A stretch of 63,808 bases of DNA, filler included, from Octopus bimaculoides (taxonomy: Eukaryota), in NCBI RefSeq assembly GCF_001194135.2. It is 7 parts of 7 records of this genome, joined end to end, with 100 filler letters (N's around TTAATTAATTAA, not from the genome) between each part and the next. Parts side by side here need not be neighbours in the genome. Positions count along the whole stretch, not along the records: positions 34,472 to 40,874 come from NC_068981.1; positions 40,975 to 53,104 come from NC_068983.1; 5 more parts are not named here. One strand, written 5' to 3'. Below are positions 36,242 through 48,443 of the stretch, piece by piece; positions within the stretch are counted from its first letter, which is position 1, and the number at the start of each line of letters is the position of its first letter. Made by a program: the position numbers and the translations under genes. Below the pieces are notes generated by a model. That model was not told where the DNA came from and did no database searches. It was given only the letters and a program-made list of their open reading frames with translations.

Positions 36242-37703
36242 GCAGGTCATAACAGTTGAATAAAGCTGATCCTGTAAATGCAATTTTTATATCATCTGAA
36301 TACTCTCCCACCATTAGACCACTTTAATCCTCTTGTAAGCCATGCAATTAATCCAAAAACTGACCTCTTTCAAGAACTGTTTGGTTTCTATTTTTTCTAC
36401 TCTTTCCTCTTCGGATAAAATAAGCGCAAGTTTCATCAGGGAGTGGAAAATCACTTTGAAATGAAATGGTAATTATGAATCAATTCTAGTTTAATATACT
36501 GCGTAACATCCCAAAATCATTGAGACGTGCCGTACAACAGAGTGACAGGTACTGCTTTAAATAGGCCCTAAATAAAGGAATGGTATCTGCTTCGGACAGA
36601 GACGAGACTGTGACACTGAAACATGTTTCGTTGTCTCACGGTTCAATTCTCATTGAAATTTCAAGCAAGGTCCACCACATTTCCATTACTAAACAGGATC
36701 TACCTCAAAGGAAGATCATGAAAACAAGATCTTTTGATAAAACGGCGTGCTAAAGTTATGTTGGATCAAAAAGTACCACTACTGCCCATGTTGCTGTTCA
36801 GAGATACATCTCCACATCAATACTCCACCAAAATTCCTCACCTTTGCTATGTTATGATTCAATAAGAGATTAATATGTTTTTTTGTTTTTTTTTTGTTTT
36901 TTTTATAGGCAGGGTCATTTATTTAATTTGTTCGGTGTCATTTCCAGGCGTCTTCCTGATCCACATTTTTTACGTATATAATCCTATGAAATATATAACA
37001 TTATATTTTTTACAAAGAATCCAGTACAATATATAAGCATATTGAAAGATAGACAAACAAATACATAGATGGGTGATTGTTTGTAAAAATAATATTAGAT
37101 TTTTGCTAGAGACGATAAAATATTATACATCTATAAATAGCATGACAAATGATTGTGTTAAAATTCTGATTAAACTTTGCTACTGAATCAAACGTAAGTT
37201 CCACGATGCCGAGGTAAGCACAGTTGTGCTGTATCCGCCATCCATATTCGACTTCTAGTAAATTATATTTTGTATCATTTACATCGCTAATGTTCTTTCG
37301 GAAAAATACCACCGTCATAAACGTTATTTTATTCTCATGTACTCTGAAATGAATAAAATACACAGCGATGACAAAAAACTTCGTAGTTTGATGTTTGCCT
37401 CTATTTCATCGGCATAGAATAAAGTAGTCGAAGCAAGAAGAGAAATTTTATGTTAGTAATTGCTCAACTTAATAAACTTGATGTTCATATTCCCCTACAG
37501 CAAACAGCTTAAATTCATTGACGTGTTTGAACACAAAACTGTTAAAGCAGCCAAAATGATAGATTGTATGAGAAATATATGGTAACAGAATGATTTGTTT
37601 GGGCATTTACCTCGGTGCCGTAACAGAACTAGTCAGTTGGGTTAAGTTTCATCTTTTTTAAATCAAAACCTCATTTCCAAAATATCTGCTTAGTTTTTAT
37701 TCT

Positions 37704-37739
<36 letters not shown>

Positions 37740-38529
37740 CATCTCGAACTTCTACAAGCCTCACTATCATGTACACACAATCGTCAGCCCAGCATAGCTC
37801 TCACCATAGCAAAGACAACGGTCACTCCATTTCCTCCTCCTCCTCATATTAAATGATCGTGAAAAGATCTGAGATTCTACAAATTATTGCATTGTGAATG
37901 TGACATGCTTTTGTATTCAATTGTTTTTTGTTACAATTTAATTATGAGGCTTTCTTTGCCTACTGTTGTTTTTATTAAATGTCAGCTTCATAAAAAGTTT
38001 GTTCCAAAATGTTGACATTTATAATTAACAAAAATCATAACAAATAGATTCTACATTCAGAAAAAATTAGTTGTCAAGAGACAAATTTTATTATTGTTAA
38101 GCCAGTGATTAAATGTGGCAATACAAATTACAGAGGAGGTGATTTGAAAGATTCGTTAAAGCGTTGGAGAGAATTTATTCCTTACGATGTAAGTCCGGCT
38201 TTCTACGGTATGAATACAAATACACCGAGGTCAATTTTGCCTTCAATCTTTTCGTGATCGATAGTAATCGTACCAGTTCAGGAATTAGAATTTATAGGAC
38301 CGCAGAAGCATCGGAGAAGACGCGTTACTCTATTGCTCTGGTTCTTTGCTCTCTAATAGCAACACCTGCTGTAATGGCTCAAGTCGGCAGCGTTTCTCTT
38401 AGATAAACATTGATATCATGGAGAGCGGGGACTTGTAAACATGGGCAACTACCAGTCTTCCACAAAATAAGCTTCCACATGCATAAGATGCATGGTTACA
38501 CACCTACAGAGGCCCTACATATATATGTC

Positions 38530-38584
<55 letters not shown>

Positions 38585-40085
38585 GTAAATATCGAACTAT
38601 GGAAATGAATGCTCAACACCGCTTTGGTTGATGTAATTTTCTTTATTTGTGAATTAAGGCTACCATTGGTTTCATGTTAAGAAAAGTAGGAAAATATCCT
38701 AGTGTCCTAATTTTTCAAGCCGATCAGATAGAGAAAGGTGTTTGCATTTTGGAAAACACAGCATCGTTTTATTCGCGGGGATTCTCGTTAATTCTTGTGA
38801 ATAAGAGAGGCTACTCTTGAGTGACATCTTTTGAATATTTGTCTATCTTTTGAGTGTTTGTCTTTTGGGCAAATTTTTGTGTCGTCAGTTTGTTTGCATT
38901 ATTTTGTTTTTGCTCTGGGTGTGATGTTCTTATACTTGTGTGCTGAGGTAGTTCATTATTGGGACATGTTTCATTTGTGTGCGAAGTCTGTGTACTATGT
39001 GTGTTTAGATTTTAAGTTGAATGTAAAATATTGTTTGTGTATGCATGGAAGGATGGTTTCATCCCAAATGTTTAGGATGTTATTTGTTAATTGTATCACT
39101 GAAAAATTAAACATTATACAGAGTTCACATTTGGTACCCCGTTCTCTGTATTTTTGGCTTTAGCAATAATTTTCCATTCTATTTGGAGGTTACTTATTCT
39201 ACCTTCTTTCAATGTCCATATACTATTTGACAGAGACATTGCATGTTTTATTTTTGTCTCTGAATGACGCCAGGTGTTGTGTATACCTTCTCTTGAACGT
39301 GATGCCCGTCATTCCGATATACGTTTTTGATAATCCCTTGGATTCCGTGGTCTGGGCCTTGTATACGAGTTCTTTCTCGGGGCAGTTGGCGATTAAAAGG
39401 CAGCAATTTGCATAATCTACAGTTGCATAATCTTTCGGGGTATTTCTGGCGTGACTATATTTATTATAATTGAGTATGATAGACCCTATATTGGGGAGGC
39501 AACTATAGCTAACTTTAACAGTCTTTCTGTTGAAAATCTTGTGATATTTGTGTGAATGTCGAAAGTGGTTGTCTATTAATTTCAAGAATGTTCTTGCTAA
39601 GTTAGTAGCTACATTCATGCTATAAGGTGGGCTGAACCATAAAATTTTCCTCTGTCTGCGTCTTTTTGGTATATTTATATTTGGTCCAATGTAGTATATG
39701 CTATTATTAAAGTTGGACCTATCTAATGCAGCATTATAGTATGGGGCGGCTTTTTCAAAAGTGTTTTTGTCGGCGAATACATTAGAGACGTGCCTGCTAA
39801 TGTTGCTAACCATTTGTTTAATTACTGCTGGTGGGTGGTTGTAACCTATGTTTATGTACGTGGCTTTGTCGGTTGGTTTGTAATAAGGTTTAATTTTTCG
39901 TGTTAATTTCATACTAATAACTAGGAAGTTAACTTCTTTATGTTGGGTACTAATTGTAGTTCTTAGGCCTAATTGGCCAAATATTTAGCATAATATTTTC
40001 CTTATTCTATCCATATAATGTCCGTTTTATTGTATATTACTTCCGGGCCATCGTCTCTATATAAATCTATGTTAGCTTATTTTAT
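38585..40085 (-). mobile_element. Penelope-like element (LYRDDG/WFxPP type): RT C-half, linker, GIY-YIG, 3' terminal region
   Basis: LYRDDG (40047-40064), YNHPP, APYYNAAL, ILWFSPPYS, FNRKTVKVSYSC, LVYKA..TYIGMT, then after frameshifts IWTLKE, CELC, CIHK* (about 38990). Ends at (TA)n. Confidence 0.92.
38658..38721 (-). ncRNA. Second copy of the candidate U3-A8 type I hammerhead
   Basis: Minus strand: GGC | TTGAAAA | AT..TAGG-ATATTTT-CCTA..AT | GAA | ACCA-A-TGGT | A | GCC. Confidence 0.55.
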
Positions 40086-40690
40086 ATTTTAAAGCATATC
40101 TCCTTTTGGTTGTACTCCATTGTGAACTGTATGTTTGGGTTGAAGCTGTTCAATAATCTTTTGAATTTCGGGAGTTTATCTGTGTTTTCATTCCAGAGTA
40201 TGAAATAGTCGTCAAGGAATCTTTTCCAATTTTCTTTTATGTATTGGGAAAGGGAGTTTCCAAAAGTAGATAAATATTCCTGGTATATTATTACTTCTAG
40301 GTAGCCCATTGTTAGGTTCGCAATGACTGGGACTGCCCTAGTGCCCATAGCAATTCCGGGTTTTTGTCGGTAAAACGTATTGTCAGACATGAAGTGGTTG
40401 TTTCGTAGGATGAATTCAACCGATTTAGTTATGAATTCTTTACTGGTCCTTTATGGTATTTCTTCCAAAAATTCGTCCAGCTAGAACTGAATTGAGGTAT
40501 ACTGGTATATAAGATAATTATGAGGTATACTGGTATATAAATTAATCACATCAAATGAAACCATGATTGTTTCTTTCTTGACTTTTTGGGGAGGTGATTT
40601 AACATATCCAAGTCATCTCTGATATGGCTATTAATACATTTAAGGAAGGGTTTCAGGAGGATGTCCATAAATAGACATAGTCAGTGTTTC
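40086..40690 (-). mobile_element. Different Penelope-like family, RT core fragment
   Basis: SFDVINLYTSIP, GIAMGT, ANLTMGYLE, WKRFLDD (40208-40222), IQFTME; short tandem duplication at about 40490-40545. Confidence 0.88.
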
Positions 40691-40850
40691 ACAGGCTGGG
40701 CCAGGTTTAATGGTTCGAAGTTTTAGGTACCACGTGTTTAGTGTATGTACATCTTTGGTGATTGAGATGGATGTAGACGTTTTCAAACGTGAACTTGACC
40801 TCTGGCTCACCGAGATCCCGGATGAGCCAATATCTAGCAATAGCAATGTA
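40690..40850 (+). mobile_element. CR1-type LINE 3' fragment
   Basis: DVDVFKRELDLWLTEIPDEP, homologous to VGVFKSRLDLFLLRVSDEP at about 7660-7720. Confidence 0.7.
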
Positions 40851-40974
40851 CATATATGTGTGTGTATATATATANNNNNNNNNNNNNNNNNNNNNNNNNN
40901 NNNNNNNNNNNNNNNNNNTTAATTAATTAANNNNNNNNNNNNNNNNNNNNNNNNNNNNNNNNNNNNNNNNNNNN

Positions 40975-41043
<69 letters not shown>

Positions 41044-41149
41044 CAGTGCTAAGGCAAACGCACTAATGCGAGCGATCGTAACCTGAATGAGTGCACGTCT
41101 ATAGAGAAAGACGTCTGGCTGATTCATATTGTGCATGTGGTAAGGGTGG

Positions 41150-41850
41150 AGAATGGGGCAGAAGAAGAAGAAGAAGAAGGGAGAAGAAAGGGAAAAGGCG
41201 AAAGTAAGAAGAAAGAAAAGGATGAAGAAGAAGGAGGAGAAGAAGAAGGATGATGAAGATGGTGGCAAAGCACAACTGGTTGCTCTAACTAATCTTCTTG
41301 GGCCGAACTCCCCACCCCACAAAAGAAAAACTTGATGGAACAAAAGAAATAAACAAATTAAGAGACAAACAGAACGAATTGCAGTTTTATTGTTGTTCCA
41401 AAATAGAACAAATCCACCATGTTGTTGCTGCTGATGCTGCAAATGATGATGATATAAGGTGTAGTGGTGGTGGTGGTGTAAGGAGAAGAGGGGCATGTGT
41501 GTGTGTGTGTGTGTGTGGGTGTGTGTGTGTGTATAAAAAGTAAGAACTTTCTCTTCAGATCTTGCAGATAATATGTAGATGTCACGGAAATTTGTTTTGT
41601 CAGAGAAGAAAAAAATTGAAACGAAAATAAAGAAAAAAGAAGAGAAAGAAAATGAGTGGAAGAAAGTACAAAAATCAAGAGAAATGTGAAAAAAAAAATG
41701 TTTGTTGTTCCCCTTGCTTTCATTTCAGTTCATCATCATCATCATCATCATTACTACCAGCACCAGCATCACCATCATCACCATTTAAATAATCACTCCC
41801 ATTATCGCCATCACCACCACTACCACCCTCCTCCTCCTCCTCCTCCTCCA

Positions 41851-41882
<32 letters not shown>

Positions 41883-42090
41883 GTAGCAGTAGCAACGACG
41901 ACAACGTCGTCGTGGTGGCCATTCTTTCTGTTTTCTTTCCAAACTGAAGTAGATAAAAGGTAGTCAGCTCTTAATAAATCAGACGAGAGCCGAGTTAGTG
42001 GTTTTGGCGATGGTTGTGCTTTTTAGTGGTGGTGGTGGTGGTGGTGGTGGCGGTGGTGATGGTTGGTAGGTAGTGCTACTGTTTGTGGTA
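41150..42090. repeat. Low-complexity block: (GAA)n, (GGT)n, (TG)n, (CAT)n, (CAC)n, (CCT)n
   Basis: Direct inspection. Confidence 0.9.
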
Positions 42091-43546
42091 GTGGTTGTTT
42101 GTATAATGGTGAGGGGAGAATATCAAACAATGTTTTCCAGATAAGTTATATTTTAGTTCTGTTATTGTCTCACCGATTCATACTCAGATATGAAAGATTT
42201 GCTGATACAACCACCACAAATCGTGTCAACTCTTCACAGGTGTTGTATTTGGGAGGGTCACTATGCCAATAAGAAACAAACGCACAGGTTAATCTACCTT
42301 AATCCGTGTACAATACACTGCTACGTATAAGACACAGTCCGATTTTGGAGCCTACATTGTCCCAAAATGTAAATGGCTAACATGTTTATACCTAAGTTTT
42401 ATGCCCAAACTGTTCCGTTTTATAAACGAATTGCAGGTTCACCTTTTCATTCCAACCTGGGACTTGTTTTTTCGATCAAGAATTTTTATATAAACAACTG
42501 CGGGACTGTTGAATGATGGCGTCACCCATTGGATCGGGAATGTAGTGTACTTGCACCCACTAAATTTTTTGGGAAGAAGTGGGGCAATGGAAACGCTATG
42601 AACATCCTCCTCAAAAATTTTATCGCCAAAACGAATGAGCGTTGGAACATTTATGGATTTATTTCAAGCATTACTTTTCCATTATTGGATTTATATTGAT
42701 GTACAAATATAATAGTAGTGTTTGCTTGGATATTAATATTTTTAAAAATCGACCTTGTTTGTACAAAGATTTTGGACCTTGCTTTGCACTCCCTTAGCGA
42801 ATTTCTTTCCTGCGCTTATGGTCGCCAAAGATCTGTCCAGTTAGATTTGTGAAAATGTTTTTCAAAAAGAAACCGTTCTAAGAAATAGACCAGGTCTGAG
42901 ATAGAATCACAGGAGAACAGGACGGACGCAGTCATGCGTTAAGTTAGGTGGTTTTCAGTATTAGTTGTTGTTGTTCGGGAATTAAACTGGTCGAAATGAA
43001 GCGTCAGCAACACGAACAAAACTGTTACTAGCTTCAAAATAACAAACTAGCAGAAAACATTCGCATTCATTTATTCACACTCTCTCCCCACTCTTTATAT
43101 ATATATATATATCACTCTCCTTTACACATAGCTGCAGAGCTTGTCCAACCAAGCCGCTGCATGTAAAAAACTTTCTGACGTTCCTCATGGGACTGTCGTG
43201 TCCACTACAATCTTTTATAAATATGCATAAGTTGAATCAAATACAGCGATGTCTCTCTCATCATTTTGCAATTTCCCATTAATCTTATTGTTTACGTGGT
43301 AACCACCAACATTCATTTCATTATTTTATCCCCATTCTTCTGTTAAAGATGTTAATATACAACCAATCTGAAATCTGAAACGCACACATAATTTTAAACG
43401 TGATTTTAGAGAAAATAAAGTGCGTACTATACATGGAATTTCAGGCTAAATTCATGTCATTATCCCTTATGAGAGTGGTTTCCCTTAACTCATTTTATTA
43501 AATTGTTTTGAATTCGACAACAAAAAGATGTTTTCTTTGAAGTGTT

Positions 43547-44246
43547 CCAACTGGGGATCTAGTTCAAAACGGGGGCACCAGTTTTCATTTATGTTTTATG
43601 TAGTGTTTTTGGTACCGAAAGACTTTCAAACTTCGTATACTTATCTATTTTGTGTTATAGAACAGGAAAAAAATTTTGTATTCGGAGTTATTTCATGTAA
43701 AAAATTGTCTTATTTCGATAATTTCAACCAATCACTGACAAGTATTCAGCTGTTTATACTTACTCCTTTGGCAGTTTAAGCGGTGTAAAGCGTATTTAAT
43801 CTCCATTTATAATTTCGTTAACATCTGCCTGAACTGTATGTGTACAACATTTGTTTTTTTCATTTTCTTTCACGCGTGTTTATTTCGTTAACATCTGCCT
43901 GAACTGTATGAAAGGTTTATTAGCTACTGTCTAACCCTAACCCTAACCCTACTGCCAATATGCTTCAGCCATTCTTTGACAAGCAAATAATAATTTTGTC
44001 ACCGCCAGAATCGTTTGTGTACGTAGTCAGCACTTACTGTATTCGACTGAATGGACGTCAGTCATTGGTTGAAATTACAGAAATACGACAACTTTAACAT
44101 AAAATAACTTGCGATGTTAGTTTTTTTGTTAAGAAGACTAAGAGAAAAAGATGTTTTATATGACACATTCTACTAGTGTCCCAAGTTTCAAAGTGTTTCG
44201 TTAAGAAAATACTGGTGCCGCCGTTTTGAACTAGCTCCCCAACTGG
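43547..44246. mobile_element. TTAA-type (piggyBac-like) non-autonomous element with long diverged inverted arms and internal (CTAACC)n
   Basis: Left ccaactggggatctagttcaaaacgggggcaccag vs right ctggtgccgccgttttgaactagctccccaactgg|TTAA. Subterminal similarity extends about 200 bp. Left TTAA not intact. Confidence 0.6.
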
Positions 44247-44566
44247 TTAAGTATAACATTAAAGAGCAAATTTCATCGCGTTACGAAGATAACCAAAGGC
44301 GACAGCGGAAACAATATTAAATAACTCATGAAGTATTATTACAACATCCGCACAAAAGCAACATTTCGACATTTACATGTGCTTTATATGTAAATGATGT
44401 AAAATTGTATGCATGTACAGAGAGAGAAAGAGAGAGAGAAGGGGGTTATTGTTCATTCAATAAAAAATACGGCAACGATAACATCAAGAAAGCTTGAAAT
44501 AACTACGCCCATGTATGTGTGTGTATGTGTATGCATCGTTCTCACAAGCATACATATATTAAAAAA

Positions 44567-44609
<43 letters not shown>

Positions 44610-44797
44610 GGGAGAATATACAAAAAATAACAACAGACGAGGACAGGTGGTGTAAATAACAAAAGTATATATTAGTATGACGCTCGGGAATACGGAAAGT
44701 CTTTGACGTTTCGAGCTACGCTCTTCAACAGAAAGAATACGGAGACAAGGAGAAAAACACGGAGAAAAAAAATTGAATAGTGTTCAGTCAACGGTCA

Positions 44798-44800
<3 letters not shown>
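44610..44800 (-). mobile_element. (TA)n-flanked repeat end, probable PLE terminal repeat; sister fragment at 29842-29900
   Basis: Starts gggagaat.. after (TA)n at both sites and carries a hammerhead-like motif at 44700-44736. Confidence 0.55.
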
Positions 44801-44833
<33 letters not shown>

Positions 44834-45562
44834 GCTATGTATGTGTGCGTATATATNNNNNNNNNNNNNNNNNNNNNNNNNNNNNNNNNNNNNNNNNNNN
44901 NNNNNNNNNNNNNNNNNNNNNNNNNNNNNNNNNNNNNNNNNNNNNNNNNNNNNNNNNNNNNNNNNNNNNNNNNNNNNNNNNNNNNNNNNNNNNNNNNNNN
45001 NNNNNNNNNNNNNNNNNNNNNNNNNNNNNNNNNNNNNNNNNNNNNNNNNNNNNNNNNNNNNNNNNNNNNNNNNNNNNNNNNNNNNNNNNNNNNNNNNNNN
45101 NNNNNNNNNNNNNNNNNNNNNNNNNNNNNNNNNNNNNNNNNNNNNNNNNNNNNNNNNNNNNNNNNNNNNNNNNNNNNNNNNNNNNNNNNNNNNNNNNNNN
45201 NNNNNNNNNNNNNNNNNNNNNNNNNNNNNNNNNNNNNNNNNNNNNNNNNNNNNNNNNNNNNNNNNNNNNNNNNNNNNNNNNNNNNNNNNNNNNNNNNNNN
45301 NNNNNNNNNNNNNNNNNNNNNNNNNNNNNNNNNNNNNNNNNNNNNNNNNNNNNNNNNNNNNNNNNNNNNNNNNNNNNNNNNNNNNNNNNNNNNNNNNNNN
45401 NNNNNNNNNNNNNNNNNNNNNNNNNNNNNNNNNNNNNNNNNNNNNNNNNNNNNNNNNNNNNNNNNNNNNNNNNNNNNNNNNNNNNNNNNNNNNNNNNNNN
45501 NNNNNNNNNNNNNNNNNNNNNNNNNNNNNNNNNNNNNNNNNTATATAAACAATATATGAGTA

Positions 45563-46142
45563 TATGCATATATATGTACATGTATGTACATACCTTCATC
45601 TACATGTACATATAGATACATATCTGGGTACATGACGTTGCAAAAAAAACATGGACAAAATGATAAACAAGTTACAAACAACAAGCAGGCCACATAGAGG
45701 ACATATCCTTCATCAGCTGTCACCATTAAAACACTGGCGTTTCGAAGAGTTAGGGCAGGACGCATCGTTAAAATGGCTCTTCCCACGAACACAGATTAAA
45801 TTTTTTTTCGTGGAGGATAATGGCGGACGAAAAACAAGACAGGAAAACGAAATGGTGAAATAAACAAACAAAAAAGGCTGTACAGCCAGACGTGGAGACG
45901 TGTGTGTATATTGAACGCTATGAAGCACGAACAGGAGAGGCGAAGAAATGCGTCCGAAGCTTAGGGAGTCAGAGACCGAAAAGAAATGGCAACCGGACAC
46001 ATGTGACCAGCGAGGGGTAGGGAGAAAGAGGAGAAGAGGGAGAAGAAGGGGAGGAAGTAGAATATAAGTGAGCAACGAGAGGTAGAGAGGGAGAGAGATA
46101 GTAGTAGTGACGGGGAGAGGCGAAGGACGAGCAATGAGAGAT

Positions 46143-46181
<39 letters not shown>

Positions 46182-46533
46182 TGACAGGGAGAGGCGAAGA
46201 ACAGTAGAGGGAAAAATGAGAGGAGGAGATAGATGCAGAGATAGAGAGAGTCGCGTCAGAAAAATATAGTTCAAAACTTACTTGTAAAGTTAACACGTGC
46301 GTTCGATCGTGTGATACTTGGCTGAAACACATAAATAAATAAATAAATAAATAAATATGCATATATATGTACATGTATGTACATACCTTCATCTACATGT
46401 ACATATAGATACATATCTGNNNNNNNNNNACATACCTTCATCTACATGTACATATAGATACATATCTGGGTACATGACGTTGCAAAAAAACATGGACAAA
46501 ATGATAAACAAGTTACAAAAAACAAGCAGGCCA
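45563..46533. mobile_element. Non-coding element with about 130-bp direct terminal repeats, in (TA)n context
   Basis: 45563-45692 is repeated at 46356-46533 (the latter inflated by a gap overlap). GA-rich interior, no meaningful ORF. Confidence 0.75.
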
Positions 46534-46614
46534 TATATATATACATACGTGTGTGTTTGGGTGCGTGTACATATAAGTACGTACGCAAATATGTATGTAT
46601 GAATATATGTACGA

Positions 46615-46680
<66 letters not shown>

Positions 46681-46692
46681 GTATGTATATAA

Positions 46693-47254
46693 TGCAAATA
46701 AGTAACAAGGATGTCCAGGCGTCAATGCATTTTGGCCGTTTCAAGAGGCTCCATTTAATCGATCAATGAAAGCATTACATCATTTTGAAAGAAACCGCTC
46801 TCCTCAAACGCAGGTAACCACATATATAGATTTCCAACATAAAGGATAATTCTAAATGGTTGTAGACTATATGTTGTATAAAATCTTATAAAATAAAAAT
46901 AGAAATAAATAACTATTTCACCGCTCCTATATCTTGACCCCCCACCCACTGTTTTCCTCTGCTACTCTCTAAATTATAGTAGGCTAAAATACATATGCAT
47001 TATTCGCTAAATTCATTCTGCCACAAATATAACATAAGAAAACGATGTAATTATTTTGGTTTCTAATACTGATATAAATGTGCTCTAAGTACTAAAAATG
47101 GTTTATCCTTTATGTTGGAAATCTGTATGGTCATCTGCGTCAGAGGAGAACGGTTTCTTTCAAATTGATGTAATGTTTTCATTGATCGATTAAATGGAGC
47201 CGCTTGAAAGGGCGTAATGTTTTGATACCTGGACATCCTTGTTACTTATTTGCA
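46693..47254. mobile_element. MITE with about 150-bp TIRs
   Basis: tgcaaataagtaacaaggatgtccagg...ttccaacataaaggataa is mirrored by ttatcctttatgttggaa...cctggacatccttgttacttatttgca. Confidence 0.88.
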
Positions 47255-47377
47255 CTTTGTTCACCTAACTTCGAGCTGCATAGACTATACCGAACTGGCT
47301 TGGAGCTTCTGTTTAAGTACCTAATACAAATGAATCTTAATTATATATATATGTATACATACATATATATGGTATAA

Positions 47378-47842
47378 TTCCATCGCTGGACGATGAATGT
47401 CAACGGTACTCATATGAGTAGACTACAAAGTTCACGCAGTACGTGCGCATTGGCACGCAAGTACGTACGTATTGACCACAATTATGGTTGCTTGTTGAGC
47501 ACACACTCCTGGATGGATCAATAATATTGCAGGTTGCGCAGGCGTCTCATGGATGCGTAACGTATGCACGAGACATACGCGAGACATCTCACGAGTACAT
47601 TAAGCGCGCACCTCTCTATAGTCTGGGTTAGCCGCTGCACCGATCATTGCTGTCTGAGTTCACCATCACGTTAGCATTCAGCGATTATCCACTAGAAATT
47701 CACATCATATCAACAAACTCTTCTTATTGGTAAGTGTTTTATCGATACTTTATGCGTTTTAGTTGTTCACTTATAATCCTTATTGTCATATTTACTCCTC
47801 AAATTAAATTTATTAACATCAAAGGCCACAAAACGCGATGGG
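47378..47842. mobile_element. Possible TTAA-type MITE, CpG-rich
   Basis: Left ATAA|ttccatcgc vs right gcgatggg|TTAA; only a short TIR match. Confidence 0.4.
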
Positions 47843-48137
47843 TTAAGGGTTGTGAGTACTCAGAGAATAGGCAATCCAGTTATCAAATAACATCCGAAAT
47901 AAAAGATAACACTTCATTTATCATCATAATATCGGGTCTTAAATGATACCTTATATATTTTGTTTCTCGAATTCTGACCAACAGTTAATTATTACTGACC
48001 TTCAATGCGTGCTTCCATGCAACCAGTAGTATCTGAGGGTGAATATCCTTTTTCATAGCTATGTTCTGAGTCATTATGAATTTGTCTGGTAAAATTAAGC
48101 ACATTGTAAAGCAGATTCGAGCTTGAAATGTGAATTA

Positions 48138-48154
48138 TTTTTTGGAACACCCTG
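48138..48154 (-). mobile_element. Isolated Tc1/mariner TIR
   Basis: ttttggaacaccctg|TA equals TA|CAGGGTGTTCCAAAA on the minus strand. Confidence 0.55.
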
Positions 48155-48159
48155 TATAT

Positions 48160-48443
48160 CAGTGGTTTTCAACCTTTGTTTTCTACGGACCCACTTTTGG
48201 CCCCCGTAAAATTCTTAGGCCCATTTACTCTCTGTTAGGTAGATCAACTACAAAATCATGCCATTATTTGCTGAGGGATTTAGATATTTGTTGAATATAT
48301 ATCCTCCAATCACTGAAATGTTGCGATTTTTGATAATCAACTCGACTTTATTATACAAATTTTATGCACAAATTCACACACAGTATTTTTCCCAGATCAA
48401 CTCAGAAATTTATGAAGCCCAGGCCTACCGTTAAGAACCACTG
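48160..48443. mobile_element. hAT (Buster/Charlie-type) MITE with 8-bp TSD
   Basis: TIRs cagtggttttcaacc / cgttaagaaccactg; TSD ctgtatat (48152-48159) / ctgtatac (48444-48451). Confidence 0.85.

Noticed and set aside
41656-41886. His/Pro-rich ORF and other long ORFs made of YI/HT/VC/X runs
   Set aside because: Products of microsatellites and N gaps; no domain content or splice support.
43931-43950. True telomere or chromosome end
   Set aside because: Only about 3 units, internal to a DNA element.
45690-45790. Hammerhead from GAAAC ... CTGATGA on the minus strand
   Set aside because: Order would require type II topology, but no stem I or valid NUH could be formed.
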